IMG/VR virus record: IMGVR_UViG_3300033066_001278
Coordinates: 1-64,000 of that record
Direction: 5' to 3' (one strand)
Length of the DNA: 64,000 nt
Source of the DNA: a virus
Taxonomy: Duplodnaviria; Caudoviricetes
Shown here: positions 29,132-38,900 of the stretch, piece by piece
Numbering within the stretch: the stretch's first letter is position 1
Layout: the number at the start of each line of letters is the position of its first letter
Position numbers and translations under genes: made by a program
Notes under the pieces: model-generated
What the model was told of the DNA's origin: nothing
Seen by the model: only the letters and a program-made list of their open reading frames with translations
Databases searched by the model: none

Positions 29132-29776
29132 TCATAATAGTAAAAAGTATTTTTTCATATACTCTGGATATTTAACTTTTTTGGGCAAATTGCTAAAATC
29201 TATTGATTTTACTATTCTTTTTTCAAAATTTTGAATTTGTTTTTCTGTAAACTTTAAATCTCTTAACTTTTTTCTAAAATCAGAAATTTCTGTATTTTTA
29301 CCAGCCCTAGTTGAACTTAAAATAGGCACAGTATATTGTATAAATACTTTTGAATGTTTATCACTAAATAAATTTATTATTAAATAACCATAATTATCAT
29401 ACATAATAATATCAGTAGTATATTTATCTTTTGTAATATCTAATTTTGTAGCTTCTACAGAATAATTAACTGATTTTCTAGATAAATAATATAAAAATGC
29501 TGGTAAAAATTCAGAATCACAACCAAAATAATTAAAAATTTCTGTATATTTTTTTACTTCAGAATTATATTTTTTATCTATTTCTTTTAAATCTTTTTTT
29601 ATTTTGGCTTGATATACGGGATCTGTTATTTCAGATATTGATTTTTTAATATCTTTAATATTATTAATATAATATTCAGCTTCTTTTAATTGTTCTTTTA
29701 AATAAGAAAGTTTCCTTTTTGATTTAAAGAGTAATTTTTCTTTTGTTTCTAATAAATCTTGTAATTGTTTAGACAT
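29132..29776 (-). CDS. Hypothetical protein, N-terminal coiled coil (MKKYFLLL tag)
   Basis: The track start at 29809 falls at the edge of the terminator loop; MSKQL at 29776 with AGGGA SD is likelier. Confidence 0.7.
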   Translation of the reverse strand: MSKQLQDLLETKEKLLFKSKRKLSYLKEQLKEAEYYINNIKDIKKSISEITDPVYQAKIKKDLKEIDKKYNSEVKKYTEIFNYFGCDSEFLPAFLYYLSRKSVNYSVEATKLDITKDKYTTDIIMYDNYGYLIINLFSDKHSKVFIQYTVPILSSTRAGKNTEISDFRKKLRDLKFTEKQIQNFEKRIVKSIDFSNLPKKVKYPEYMKKYFLLL

Positions 29777-29788
29777 TATATCCCTAAA

Positions 29789-29818
29789 TAAAAAAGGAGA
29801 TACTTTCATATCTCCTTT
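29789..29818 (-). terminator. Rho-independent terminator after the tubulin-like gene
   Basis: 10 bp stem AAAGGAGATA/TATCTCCTTT with a 6 nt loop and a T-run on the minus strand. Confidence 0.8.
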
Positions 29819-29836
29819 AAATAAATTGTTATTTTT

Positions 29837-31165
29837 TTATTTTCTTCTATCTAAATTACCTTTAAGCAATTTAGCAAATGGAGATTTGGAAGCTTCAATT
29901 TTTTGTTTGATTTTTTGAGCTTCTGATATTGTTGATTCAACTCCCGTATCAAGATGTAAAGATAAATTGCGTTGTACATCCTTGTCTTTAATTTGATTCA
30001 TACGTTCTTTGGCTTCTTGTTTAAGTTGATCTATTCTCTCTGTGGGGAGTCCAAGACCTGAGAACATAAAATATACTTTAACAACATCTCTGTTGGATGG
30101 CACAGTGTATATGCCTTTATAAATACCTTTGGGCGTTGAGCAGCGCTCTTGTACCATACTCATCGCATAGTTAACTGCAACTGACGGGAGCTTGTTTAAA
30201 GTTTTTTCGCTAGCTGCCACCATTACGCCAGCATATCTAGTTTGTTTTAGATCAAAACCATTAGCTAGAGTGGTATTATCTAAGTTTTCTATAATAGCGG
30301 AAGCTAAAGCTTCAGGCTCATTATAATTTTCAACTTCAAAATCACCATAAACAGATAAACCCTCTCCATCAATTAATAGTTTTGAAAACTCAGCAGTATC
30401 TAGCGCTTTAACTGATGATGGTTGACTTGACAATGTATTAAATGCATCAAAGATATCAGCAATCTTTTGGTTAGCTGAGCTATAGAAGTTTAATTGTGAA
30501 ACATCTTGTAGAATAACTTCAAGCTTAGCATTATCTACTACAATTAGATTATGTAGTTTCTTTGTTTGTAAGAATTTAGTTAGTTTAGAAAGAGTTTCTA
30601 AAGCATTATGTTTTGTTTGAGCGTCTTCGCTATCCATTGGAAGGGCTACAATGGCTATTAGTGGTTTGCCTGTTTGAGAAAGTAATTCAATTAATACTTC
30701 GCTTGAACCTGCGCCTGAACCGCCACCTAAAGCAAAGGTTAGTAAATGAACTTGACAATCGCCAAGCTTATCATTTACTAAACCTAGTATTTCATTTGTA
30801 AATGTTTCAGCGGCTGATTTACCTAATGATAGATCTTTAGCTGCTCCAGCAATTCCATAGTCTAGCAATAGTTTATTACTATCTGGCAAATCAATATGTT
30901 TTAAATCTTGATGAGCTGTATTTAATACAATTGCATCATATCCTAATTTATAGAATGATTCAGCTATTTTACTACCAGCTTGTCCAGATCCAACTACACC
31001 AATTGACAATGACCTTTCTTTTTTTGAAACTATTTTGGCTGCCATTTGAGCATCTTTGCTTTTTTGATTTAGTTTTTCTTTTAGTTTAGTTAATGTTTCA
31101 TCTTCCATAGAAACATCATCTTTTAGAACTTCTTGCCCTTGTTCTTCTTTTACAGTTACAGACAT
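29837..31165 (-). CDS. Tubulin/FtsZ-family GTPase (PhuZ/TubZ/CetZ-like)
   Basis: GVVGSGQAGSKIA, LNTA..DL, GIAGAAKD..LGK, signature ALGGGSGAG, LIVVDN, DTAEF; helical C-terminal tail. Confidence 0.93.
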   Translation of the reverse strand: MSVTVKEEQGQEVLKDDVSMEDETLTKLKEKLNQKSKDAQMAAKIVSKKERSLSIGVVGSGQAGSKIAESFYKLGYDAIVLNTAHQDLKHIDLPDSNKLLLDYGIAGAAKDLSLGKSAAETFTNEILGLVNDKLGDCQVHLLTFALGGGSGAGSSEVLIELLSQTGKPLIAIVALPMDSEDAQTKHNALETLSKLTKFLQTKKLHNLIVVDNAKLEVILQDVSQLNFYSSANQKIADIFDAFNTLSSQPSSVKALDTAEFSKLLIDGEGLSVYGDFEVENYNEPEALASAIIENLDNTTLANGFDLKQTRYAGVMVAASEKTLNKLPSVAVNYAMSMVQERCSTPKGIYKGIYTVPSNRDVVKVYFMFSGLGLPTERIDQLKQEAKERMNQIKDKDVQRNLSLHLDTGVESTISEAQKIKQKIEASKSPFAKLLKGNLDRRK

Positions 31166-31182
31166 ATTTTCTCCGTATTTAA

Positions 31183-31190
31183 TATATAAC
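31183..31190 (-). promoter_or_regulatory. GTTATATA motif upstream of the tubulin-like gene
   Basis: Exact octamer 17 nt before the ATG, followed by a CGGAG SD. Confidence 0.5.
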
Positions 31191-31196
31191 CATCAA

Positions 31197-32156
31197 TTAT
31201 TTAAACCACCATTTATTTGCTAAATACCAGTTTACAGTTTTCTTAATTCCATCTTTAAATTTTACTGATGGCTCCCATCCAAGATCTTTTAACTTAGTAG
31301 AATCAACGCTATATCTAAAATCATGGCCTGGCCTATCTTCTACATAGGATATTAGATTGAACCCTTGACTCATAGTTGAGCAGATACTACTAATCACATC
31401 CATATTTGTAAATTCTTGATTAGCAGAGATATTATAAACTGAATTTAATTCACCTTTATCTATAATACATTCCAGAGCGGAACAATTATCATTAACATAA
31501 AGCCAGTCTCTTATTTGATTACCTAAACCATATACTGGGATCTTTTTATCATTTAAAATTGCGTCAACTACTTTAGGTATAAGTTTTTCTTTATCTTGTC
31601 TTGGTCCATAATTATTACAACAACGAGTAATAATATAGTCTAATCCAAAAGAATTATGAGCGGCTTTTACGGCTAGTTCAGCTGAAGCTTTAGAAGCAGA
31701 ATAAGGATTCTTTGGATTTAGAGAACTTTCTTCTGTCCAAGAAGGATCAGTTTCATTTAAAGCACCATAGACTTCATCTGTAGATATATAAATAAATTTC
31801 TTAATACCAAATTTCAAAGAGCTATTAATTACATTTTGAGTGCCAACAACATTAGTTAACATATGCTGACTTGGATTTTGTAATGAATCATCAACAAACG
31901 TATGAGCTGCTGCATGAATAACTATTTCAGGTCTAGTAAGCTCAAATATTCTATCTAATACATGTTGATCACAAATATCAGCTATATAAAATTGGTTAGA
32001 TTTATTGTAATAAATATTATTTAATACTGATGACTTAATACATTTATCTAAACCTATCACTTCATATTTATTTTTGTGTTCATAAGTTAAATATCTAACA
32101 AAGTTAGAATATATAAAACCACCAGAGCCAGTTATTAAAATTTTTACTCTATTCAT
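31197..32156 (-). CDS. rmlB: dTDP-glucose 4,6-dehydratase (NDP-sugar dehydratase)
   Basis: ILITG.GGFI, HAAA.TFVD, STDEVYG, PYSASK, TRCCNNYGP.Q..EKLIP, RDWLYV.D, DRPGHD.RY. Confidence 0.92.
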   Translation of the reverse strand: MNRVKILITGSGGFIYSNFVRYLTYEHKNKYEVIGLDKCIKSSVLNNIYYNKSNQFYIADICDQHVLDRIFELTRPEIVIHAAAHTFVDDSLQNPSQHMLTNVVGTQNVINSSLKFGIKKFIYISTDEVYGALNETDPSWTEESSLNPKNPYSASKASAELAVKAAHNSFGLDYIITRCCNNYGPRQDKEKLIPKVVDAILNDKKIPVYGLGNQIRDWLYVNDNCSALECIIDKGELNSVYNISANQEFTNMDVISSICSTMSQGFNLISYVEDRPGHDFRYSVDSTKLKDLGWEPSVKFKDGIKKTVNWYLANKWWFK

Positions 32157-32983
32157 TCTACCACATTAAAATTTGGATTCTTTTGATACTCTTTTACTAA
32201 ACCAGGATTAATTACCTTAGTCCAATCTCTCTTAAAGAGATCTGCATTTTTTTGGAAAAATAATTTATTAACTGGGTTCTTTTTAAGAGAGGCACTCTCA
32301 TCATGAGAGATTGATGTTTCACCACAATATACTACGGGATTTTTTAAATTAAATGTTATTCTCATGCAACAATCAACATCATCAAAGGCCCAATGATAAT
32401 TTTCATTGAACCCTTTAATTCCTGATGTATTTTTATCATACACATTCATTATAACGCTACCAGGAAATAAAGTAATTGCTCCAGTAACTACTGGAAAATA
32501 TCTATTTCTTCTATCTTGTTTAGATTCTTGTTCATTTAGTCTATAGTGAAATGGTAATCTAATATCACTAAACAAAACTCCTGCATGTTGTATCTTGGTA
32601 GTATTAGTATAATTTAACTTGGCTCCAACTGCACCCGCGCCCGTTTTTTGTTGCAGTTGAATCATTTTTGCAATACTAGTTGAGTCATTAAATGTGATAT
32701 CATTATTTAATGTCATCACATAATCATTGTCTTTAGCGCCGCTTTCTTTTATTAAGAAATTCATGCCCTTAGAATAATTATCATTATTATGAGGATATTT
32801 GTGTAAGACCACATTATCATCTTTCCAAGATTCAATCAATTCAATTGAACCATCAGTAGAGGCGTTATCCTTGATATGCCAACGTACAGGAATATTTAGA
32901 TTTTTAATGTTATTAAGTAAAGATGGATAGAGCCTCTCTAATTTTTCTTTACCTTGCCAATTTAAAGTAATAATGTGTAACAT
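32153..32983 (-). CDS. Glycosyltransferase family 2
   Basis: IKDNASTDGS, TLNND, GAVGAKL, IQHAGV, AFDDVDCC. Confidence 0.9.
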   Translation of the reverse strand: MLHIITLNWQGKEKLERLYPSLLNNIKNLNIPVRWHIKDNASTDGSIELIESWKDDNVVLHKYPHNNDNYSKGMNFLIKESGAKDNDYVMTLNNDITFNDSTSIAKMIQLQQKTGAGAVGAKLNYTNTTKIQHAGVLFSDIRLPFHYRLNEQESKQDRRNRYFPVVTGAITLFPGSVIMNVYDKNTSGIKGFNENYHWAFDDVDCCMRITFNLKNPVVYCGETSISHDESASLKKNPVNKLFFQKNADLFKRDWTKVINPGLVKEYQKNPNFNVVE

Positions 32984-32990
32984 CGCTTAT

Positions 32991-32998
32991 TATATAAC
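32991..32998 (-). promoter_or_regulatory. GTTATATA motif upstream of GT2
   Basis: Exact octamer 7 nt before the ATG; no SD. Confidence 0.5.
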
Positions 32999-33045
32999 CC
33001 GACAATATGGGGTGTATACAATTTAGTTGTTTTTATTGCTGAGTC

Positions 33046-33077
33046 AAGTTGTTTTTATAATATACTTAAAACAACTT
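33046..33077 (-). terminator. Possible terminator hairpin
   Basis: 10 bp inverted repeat AAGTTGTTTT/AAAACAACTT overlapping the stop of the 328-aa gene; U-tract is weak. Confidence 0.45.
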
Positions 33078-34062
33078 ATAGAGACACTCTAACACCAATA
33101 CCAACTGAATATCCTGTCAATGATTTTGTAACTATAGGTCCCATATAAAAATTACTCATTAATGGAATGTGTTTTCCCAAATTATATTGGAATGGTGATA
33201 ATGTAATTTGTGGCTCACCAAGTAGTGGATTATAACCTATACCAACTTGCAAAAAAGAAGCTGTAATATTGGTTTTAGATTTACCATAAGTTATAAACCC
33301 AAAATTTATAGATGGTCCTAAATATGGGGAGTTATAAGTAAATGTTTGTCCAAAGTCAGCACCTAGATATAATTTAGGATTCCACCAATAAATCTTTGGG
33401 TCAACTACTATTTGTTGAGTTTCTGATTTATCAACTGTAATTGGATATTCTTTACCATCAGACACTATTGAGAATTTAGTATAAGTAACTTGCTGACCTT
33501 CTTCATTTTCACCAGTTACAGTTACACTTTTATATTTACGCTCATATGTTTTTAATTCCCAAGGAGTTTTACTCCAAGCTGAGAATCCAACCTCTCCCCA
33601 TGGAACACTTTGATTTTGAAATTTTTCATTTAAAGCAAAATATTGTTTTGATTTAGTATATCCATTAATATCTGGTGGACATTCTGGGCAGTCAGCTTTA
33701 ACTGGTGGAGTTGGGTTTGGATCAGTATGAGTGGTTGGTTGATTATTAATATAAATAGGAATGGTTTTTACTTCAGCAACATTAATTGATTTTAATTTTG
33801 CATCTAATGAGCCAAGATCTTTTTTAATAGTATCTAAGCTTATATTATTATCTTTAGCAAATTTATCTAAATCATCTTTAGAAACATATTTAGATGATGA
33901 TCTAATAATAGAATCATCTAATTGCTTTTGAGTTATTTGTTTATTCTCTAGATCTTTTTGGGAATTTAATAATTTAGATTGTTGTCTAAAATTAATTATT
34001 AACAATACTATTATAATTCCGCTTAATATATAAAAGCTTATATTTTTAATTCTTTCCATCAT
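33076..34062 (-). CDS. Membrane-anchored hypothetical protein
   Basis: N-terminal TM (FYILSGIIIVLLII), coiled coil, Pro-rich linker, amphipathic beta-strand C-terminus. Confidence 0.7.
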   Translation of the reverse strand: MMERIKNISFYILSGIIIVLLIINFRQQSKLLNSQKDLENKQITQKQLDDSIIRSSSKYVSKDDLDKFAKDNNISLDTIKKDLGSLDAKLKSINVAEVKTIPIYINNQPTTHTDPNPTPPVKADCPECPPDINGYTKSKQYFALNEKFQNQSVPWGEVGFSAWSKTPWELKTYERKYKSVTVTGENEEGQQVTYTKFSIVSDGKEYPITVDKSETQQIVVDPKIYWWNPKLYLGADFGQTFTYNSPYLGPSINFGFITYGKSKTNITASFLQVGIGYNPLLGEPQITLSPFQYNLGKHIPLMSNFYMGPIVTKSLTGYSVGIGVRVSL

Positions 34063-34766
34063 GCAACCACCATTTTAGGAATTTTTTTAGCTCTATCTTT
34101 CCAAACATTAGTAAACTTTTCTTTAGCAGATAAATATAAATCCTGTATACCAATTAAGCTTGAAGTTTGTTTACCAAAATGAATAAGCGGTATTTTAACT
34201 ACTTTAAATGGAATTTGTTTTTCTTTGGCAACAAAAGATAAATATGTATCTTCAAAATATGCAAAAGTATCTGTCCAAAATAATTTACCAGGAACAAACT
34301 CCACTTTTTGCCAAATTTCTTTACTTGCAGTAATACACCATCCAGACATATATGACAATCTTTTGTTTATCAAAGCATTTTCTTCTTTAATAAAAGCAAA
34401 TGAGTCATCTATTAAACCCATAGTTGGGCCAACTATGGCCTTGCTAGCATTAGCTATAATTTCTGTGGTCCACATATTATGCATTTGCTTTACTCTCACA
34501 TCATTATTTAGAAACATAATGTTTTCTTTAGTAGCAGCAGCATAGCCAAGATTACATGCATAAGCAAAACCACCATTTATTGGTGAGTTTATAATTTTAA
34601 TATTCTCTCTATTAAACACAGAAATTAATTCAAGAGTGTTGTCAGTAGATGCATTGTTCACAACAATAATTTCATGAGTTTTAACATCTAAATAAGATAA
34701 ATCTTCTAAAATAGATCTGGTAAAATTAGATTTATTATAGCACGGAATAACTATCGTTAAACTCAT
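34059..34766 (-). CDS. Glycosyltransferase family 2
   Basis: LTIVIPCYN, IIVVNNASTD, N.GFA.ACNLG, FLNND, YFED. Confidence 0.92.
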   Translation of the reverse strand: MSLTIVIPCYNKSNFTRSILEDLSYLDVKTHEIIVVNNASTDNTLELISVFNRENIKIINSPINGGFAYACNLGYAAATKENIMFLNNDVRVKQMHNMWTTEIIANASKAIVGPTMGLIDDSFAFIKEENALINKRLSYMSGWCITASKEIWQKVEFVPGKLFWTDTFAYFEDTYLSFVAKEKQIPFKVVKIPLIHFGKQTSSLIGIQDLYLSAKEKFTNVWKDRAKKIPKMVVA

Positions 34767-35887
34767 TTAAGTAATCCTTCAAATGTTTTTGAAATCTCTA
34801 ACCAATCATATTTTTTAATATTATATAAATTATAAAATCTTTGTTTTAACGCAGCAACATTTTCAACCGCATATTTTAATTTATCTACAGCATCATTGAT
34901 ATCTGGCTTAAACCAATTTGAAGAATAGTTTCCATCCCAATATCTTGCAAGAGATGGGGCTGTTTCTTCTTTACCTGACACTAATAAAGAATTAAACTCA
35001 CTTAGAAATTGCAATTGACCTCCATGATTAGGAGCAATTACAATATTATTAGCGGCCAATCCTTCTAAAAGAGTCATTCCAAAAGCTTCACAATGAGTCA
35101 TTGAAAAACTAATATCACAATTTTTATAAAGAGATTCTGGATGATTAATAAAATTAGAGATAATCTCTACATCTGCATGGTTTTTATATTTGGCTTTAAA
35201 GTCATTAAATATTTTTGAAAAACTAACCTCAAATAAGTGTTCAGGTTTTTTATCAACTATTTTTAGTATTAAACAAACATCATCTGTTTTATTAAAAGCT
35301 TTTCCATATACTTCTAATAATCCTGGCAAATTTTTTCTTAAATGAGGCTGTCCAATTATAGATAATATCTTGACAGATTTTTTTGTTTTAAACTGATAAC
35401 CTTTAATATTTTCTAACTTTTCAAGATCTACACCATGTGGAATTACTTTCATATGTGACTCGGGAACACCTGAGTCTATAAATATTTGTTTAGAATACTC
35501 AGATGGTGGTGTCATAATATCTGTATATTTATAATGTTTAGCAAATCCAAATGGTAAAACATTTTTACCTGAAAATTCATATGTCCAAAGTCCAATTCTA
35601 TTTTTATCGCCTCTGCTAAGATGTTCTTGAAAATTAATCATAGCTGTATAAGTAAATTGAGCATCATATTTACTATCTAATACTTTATTAGCTAGCATTG
35701 ATGAATTAGCGTTTAATTCAGTTACACCTTTTAAATTATTTAATAAATCTTCTGGGAAATGTTTATTGCCATTTGTTGAAAAAATATCAACATTGTGGTT
35801 TAATTTAATTAAACCCCTGCAAATATTTTGAGCAACGAAGCTCCAGCTATGATTGTTGGCAGCAAAACCCTTCCACAAGATTTTCAT
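34763..35887 (-). CDS. Glycosyltransferase family 4 (GT-B)
   Basis: PSEYSK, VIPHGVD, RKNLPGLL, SMTHCEAFGMTLLEGLA, PDINDAVDKL. Confidence 0.92.
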   Translation of the reverse strand: MKILWKGFAANNHSWSFVAQNICRGLIKLNHNVDIFSTNGNKHFPEDLLNNLKGVTELNANSSMLANKVLDSKYDAQFTYTAMINFQEHLSRGDKNRIGLWTYEFSGKNVLPFGFAKHYKYTDIMTPPSEYSKQIFIDSGVPESHMKVIPHGVDLEKLENIKGYQFKTKKSVKILSIIGQPHLRKNLPGLLEVYGKAFNKTDDVCLILKIVDKKPEHLFEVSFSKIFNDFKAKYKNHADVEIISNFINHPESLYKNCDISFSMTHCEAFGMTLLEGLAANNIVIAPNHGGQLQFLSEFNSLLVSGKEETAPSLARYWDGNYSSNWFKPDINDAVDKLKYAVENVAALKQRFYNLYNIKKYDWLEISKTFEGLLK

Positions 35888-35901
35888 GCCTAATATATAT
35901 C

Positions 35902-38900
35902 TTAGGCTAGACCAAAAATATTCTTTACTTTTTCGCTGGAGATCTCTTGAGTTCTATTATTAAAGCCAGATTTTTTTAAGAACACTTGAACTTGGAGCTT
36001 GGTTATAAGAGTTCTTAATACAGGATCTACGTATAAATTAGTGAAGTTTAAAGTAAGCTGCCCAGTCTCACTATTAATATAAACCCCAACTTTATCATCT
36101 ATAATTACTCCAGATATATCTGGATCTAATGAATCAGTACCATCTAATTGAGGTGCAAAAGCTTGTAATGAAACTCCAAATCTTACTTGTTCTTTAGCTA
36201 AAGCATCTAACTGTACAAAAGAGCAATCGCTAAATTTCATAGCATTGAAGCCTAAACTTGTTTTACCATTACCATCATAGTCAGCCACAAATCCAGTAAA
36301 GAAATTAATAGTTTTTTCTGTACTAAAGCTTTCGGCTGGAATCTCTAATATAATAGTTCCAACTTCAAAGTCTATCTTATGATAATATCCATCTAACGTT
36401 AATATATTTCCACCAGCATTCATGATAAGATTGTTTGGAACAAACATATCATTTCTACCACTATCGAAATCAATATTTATTGGATATGATTCACAACTTC
36501 CTGCTGGAGGGGTGCATTTAAATTTAGTGTCTATATTTTCTTCTGTAAAGATAACAGGAACTAGTCTTGGGTTTGAATTACTGACGATATCATATTCTTC
36601 CCAAGTAATTCTCTTTGTATAAGAGAATGTAATTGGAGATGATAAGAAATCTCTATCAGCAATAGTTGTATCATCATTGAATAGAATTGGAACCGGATGT
36701 AATGTATCAGCTCTAGATGTAGTATAGTAATCATCATTTCTGTCTATAAACTCTTCTAGATAAATTTTAATTACATTGAAGCTTGTGCCAATTCTATTAC
36801 CTGGTGAAGTAGTTTTTGGAAATGGAGCTACTTTATAAACGTAATCAGAAATATAATTTATATCTGTAGTACTAATAGATAAATCACCAGTAATATCAGC
36901 AGCAAATACTTTTAATATATTTTCTTCTGTTAATAGTGTTTTCTTAATAGAAATAGATGTACTTGAATTTAATCCAGTAATATAAAAAGTCCCATTGTTT
37001 TCAGTTGTAGTACTAGTAATTGAAATGATTTTATCACCAATTGATGATATTAAAGAAAAATTACTTGATGCAGATGTAAATATTGCTCTATCTGGATATG
37101 TAGGATCAGGAATTAAAATACCATCTATCCCTGAAGCTTCCACAAACATTGTTGTTGGATCTTTAATTTGAAATGTTAAAGATCCTTGTGTTTCAAATGG
37201 ATTTGTGTAACCATCATAAGTGCTAGCTGATGGGGCAATATTTAAATTATAATTAAGAAGATTTTGCGCAGCTAATAAATCCTCTTCATCTATTTTGCCA
37301 TCACCATTAACATCACCATAAATCATTGTGCATAATTCAGCTGATGCAACTCTATAAAAGTTATTTGGTAAAGATGTATTTAAAATAAATTTAGCTCTAT
37401 TTAACGAACCATCTACGAATTTATTTACTAGCTCTAAAATATTTAGATTATATCTTGGATCAGCGGGATCATCAATTATCTTGATAAGTAAAGCATTTTT
37501 ATACATACCAAACAAATTAAGATAAGATGTAAAGGTTGATGATGTAGAATCTATTTTTTTATTATTCTTATCAGCTATAGTGCCAATATAAAATGGATTA
37601 GAAACATCTGAATTAGTAATATCTGTTGGTGATTGTAAAATTATAGATGGAACATATTTTTGACGAGAATATATTGGATTGCCAGTTCTTTCATCTTGAA
37701 CTTGATCAAGGTTTTCTGTTGTAGCTTGAACTAAAGCTGTATAAACATCATTATCACTAAATGATAAATCTTTTAATACATAATCAGTAGTTATTTCAGT
37801 AGTAGTATCTTGTATAACTTTATCAATAACAATTCCAGCACCATTTTCATAAGCTTGACCAGATGAAACTTTTGCAGCATCTGTCCATACTTGGAACCAC
37901 ATATCTTCCTCAGACATATCGGTCCAAACGCTTCCATTAAATATAGAAACTCTAGAATTGCTTAATTGATCTGTTGCAACGGGAATTTGAATTATGCCTT
38001 GACTTGCAAATCCACTTCTTTTAATTGTAAATATATAATAATTTCCAGTTAATAAACTTGAAGAACCAACTGCTGTATTTGAAAACACAAAATCAACTGG
38101 TTGTGGAACATCTGTTAACTTAATACCTTGATCTAACAAAGTATTATAATTAAAGCTTAACTCTGCAACTGGCACATTGGCAGGATCATAATCTATTGCT
38201 AAGTTGGGGACTAAATCAGTTGGACATGAAACAACTGATTGTAATGGATAAATACTGATTACTATATCGCCAGACCAATAAAAGTCTGTTGGATTAGCTA
38301 ATGGATAGTTATCTCCAACAGCAGATAATAACATAGTTATTTTTTGAATATTGTCTGTTGATGCTAAAAACTTTTGACCAATTCTAGTTGATACATCATT
38401 TTGTAATATTTTTCTTAATTGGGTATAAGAAGTAGAGATATTTAAATTATCAACATTATATGAAGGAAGGGATGTTCTTAAAAATGTATTTAATGTTGGA
38501 TTTCCTGATGTGCCAATATAAAAATCTCTAAAAAATAAATTTGGCTCTACATCTTGAGCTGCCATTTTGGCACTTCTTGATAATAAATAGGGGCTGGCTT
38601 CACTAATAGTTAGTTTACCACCTAAATTTAATGATTTATTAGATGGACCAGATAAATCATTTATAAGAATAAGAGCTATTTTTGTAAAGTGCTTTTCACC
38701 TATTTGTTTTTCATTTTTATGAAATGTAAAAACTTCATATTGTAAATCACTATTAACATCTAAACCAATAACACAGGCTTTAACTGTACGTCTTCCAGAA
38801 GCTTTAGAATCTGATAAATGTACTTCTAATTGATTGCCAAAACTTGTATCAGAAGGTTGATTGGTTGCATATAAAGCAATACCATCTAATAAAGAAACAG

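Noticed and set aside
29777-29809. ORF-track start for the 225-aa protein
   Set aside because: That ATG lies in the terminator hairpin; the ATG at 29776 has an SD.
29837-31165. Calling this a nucleus-forming phage
   Set aside because: A tubulin alone is insufficient; no chimallin or multisubunit RNAP gene is recognisable in this window.
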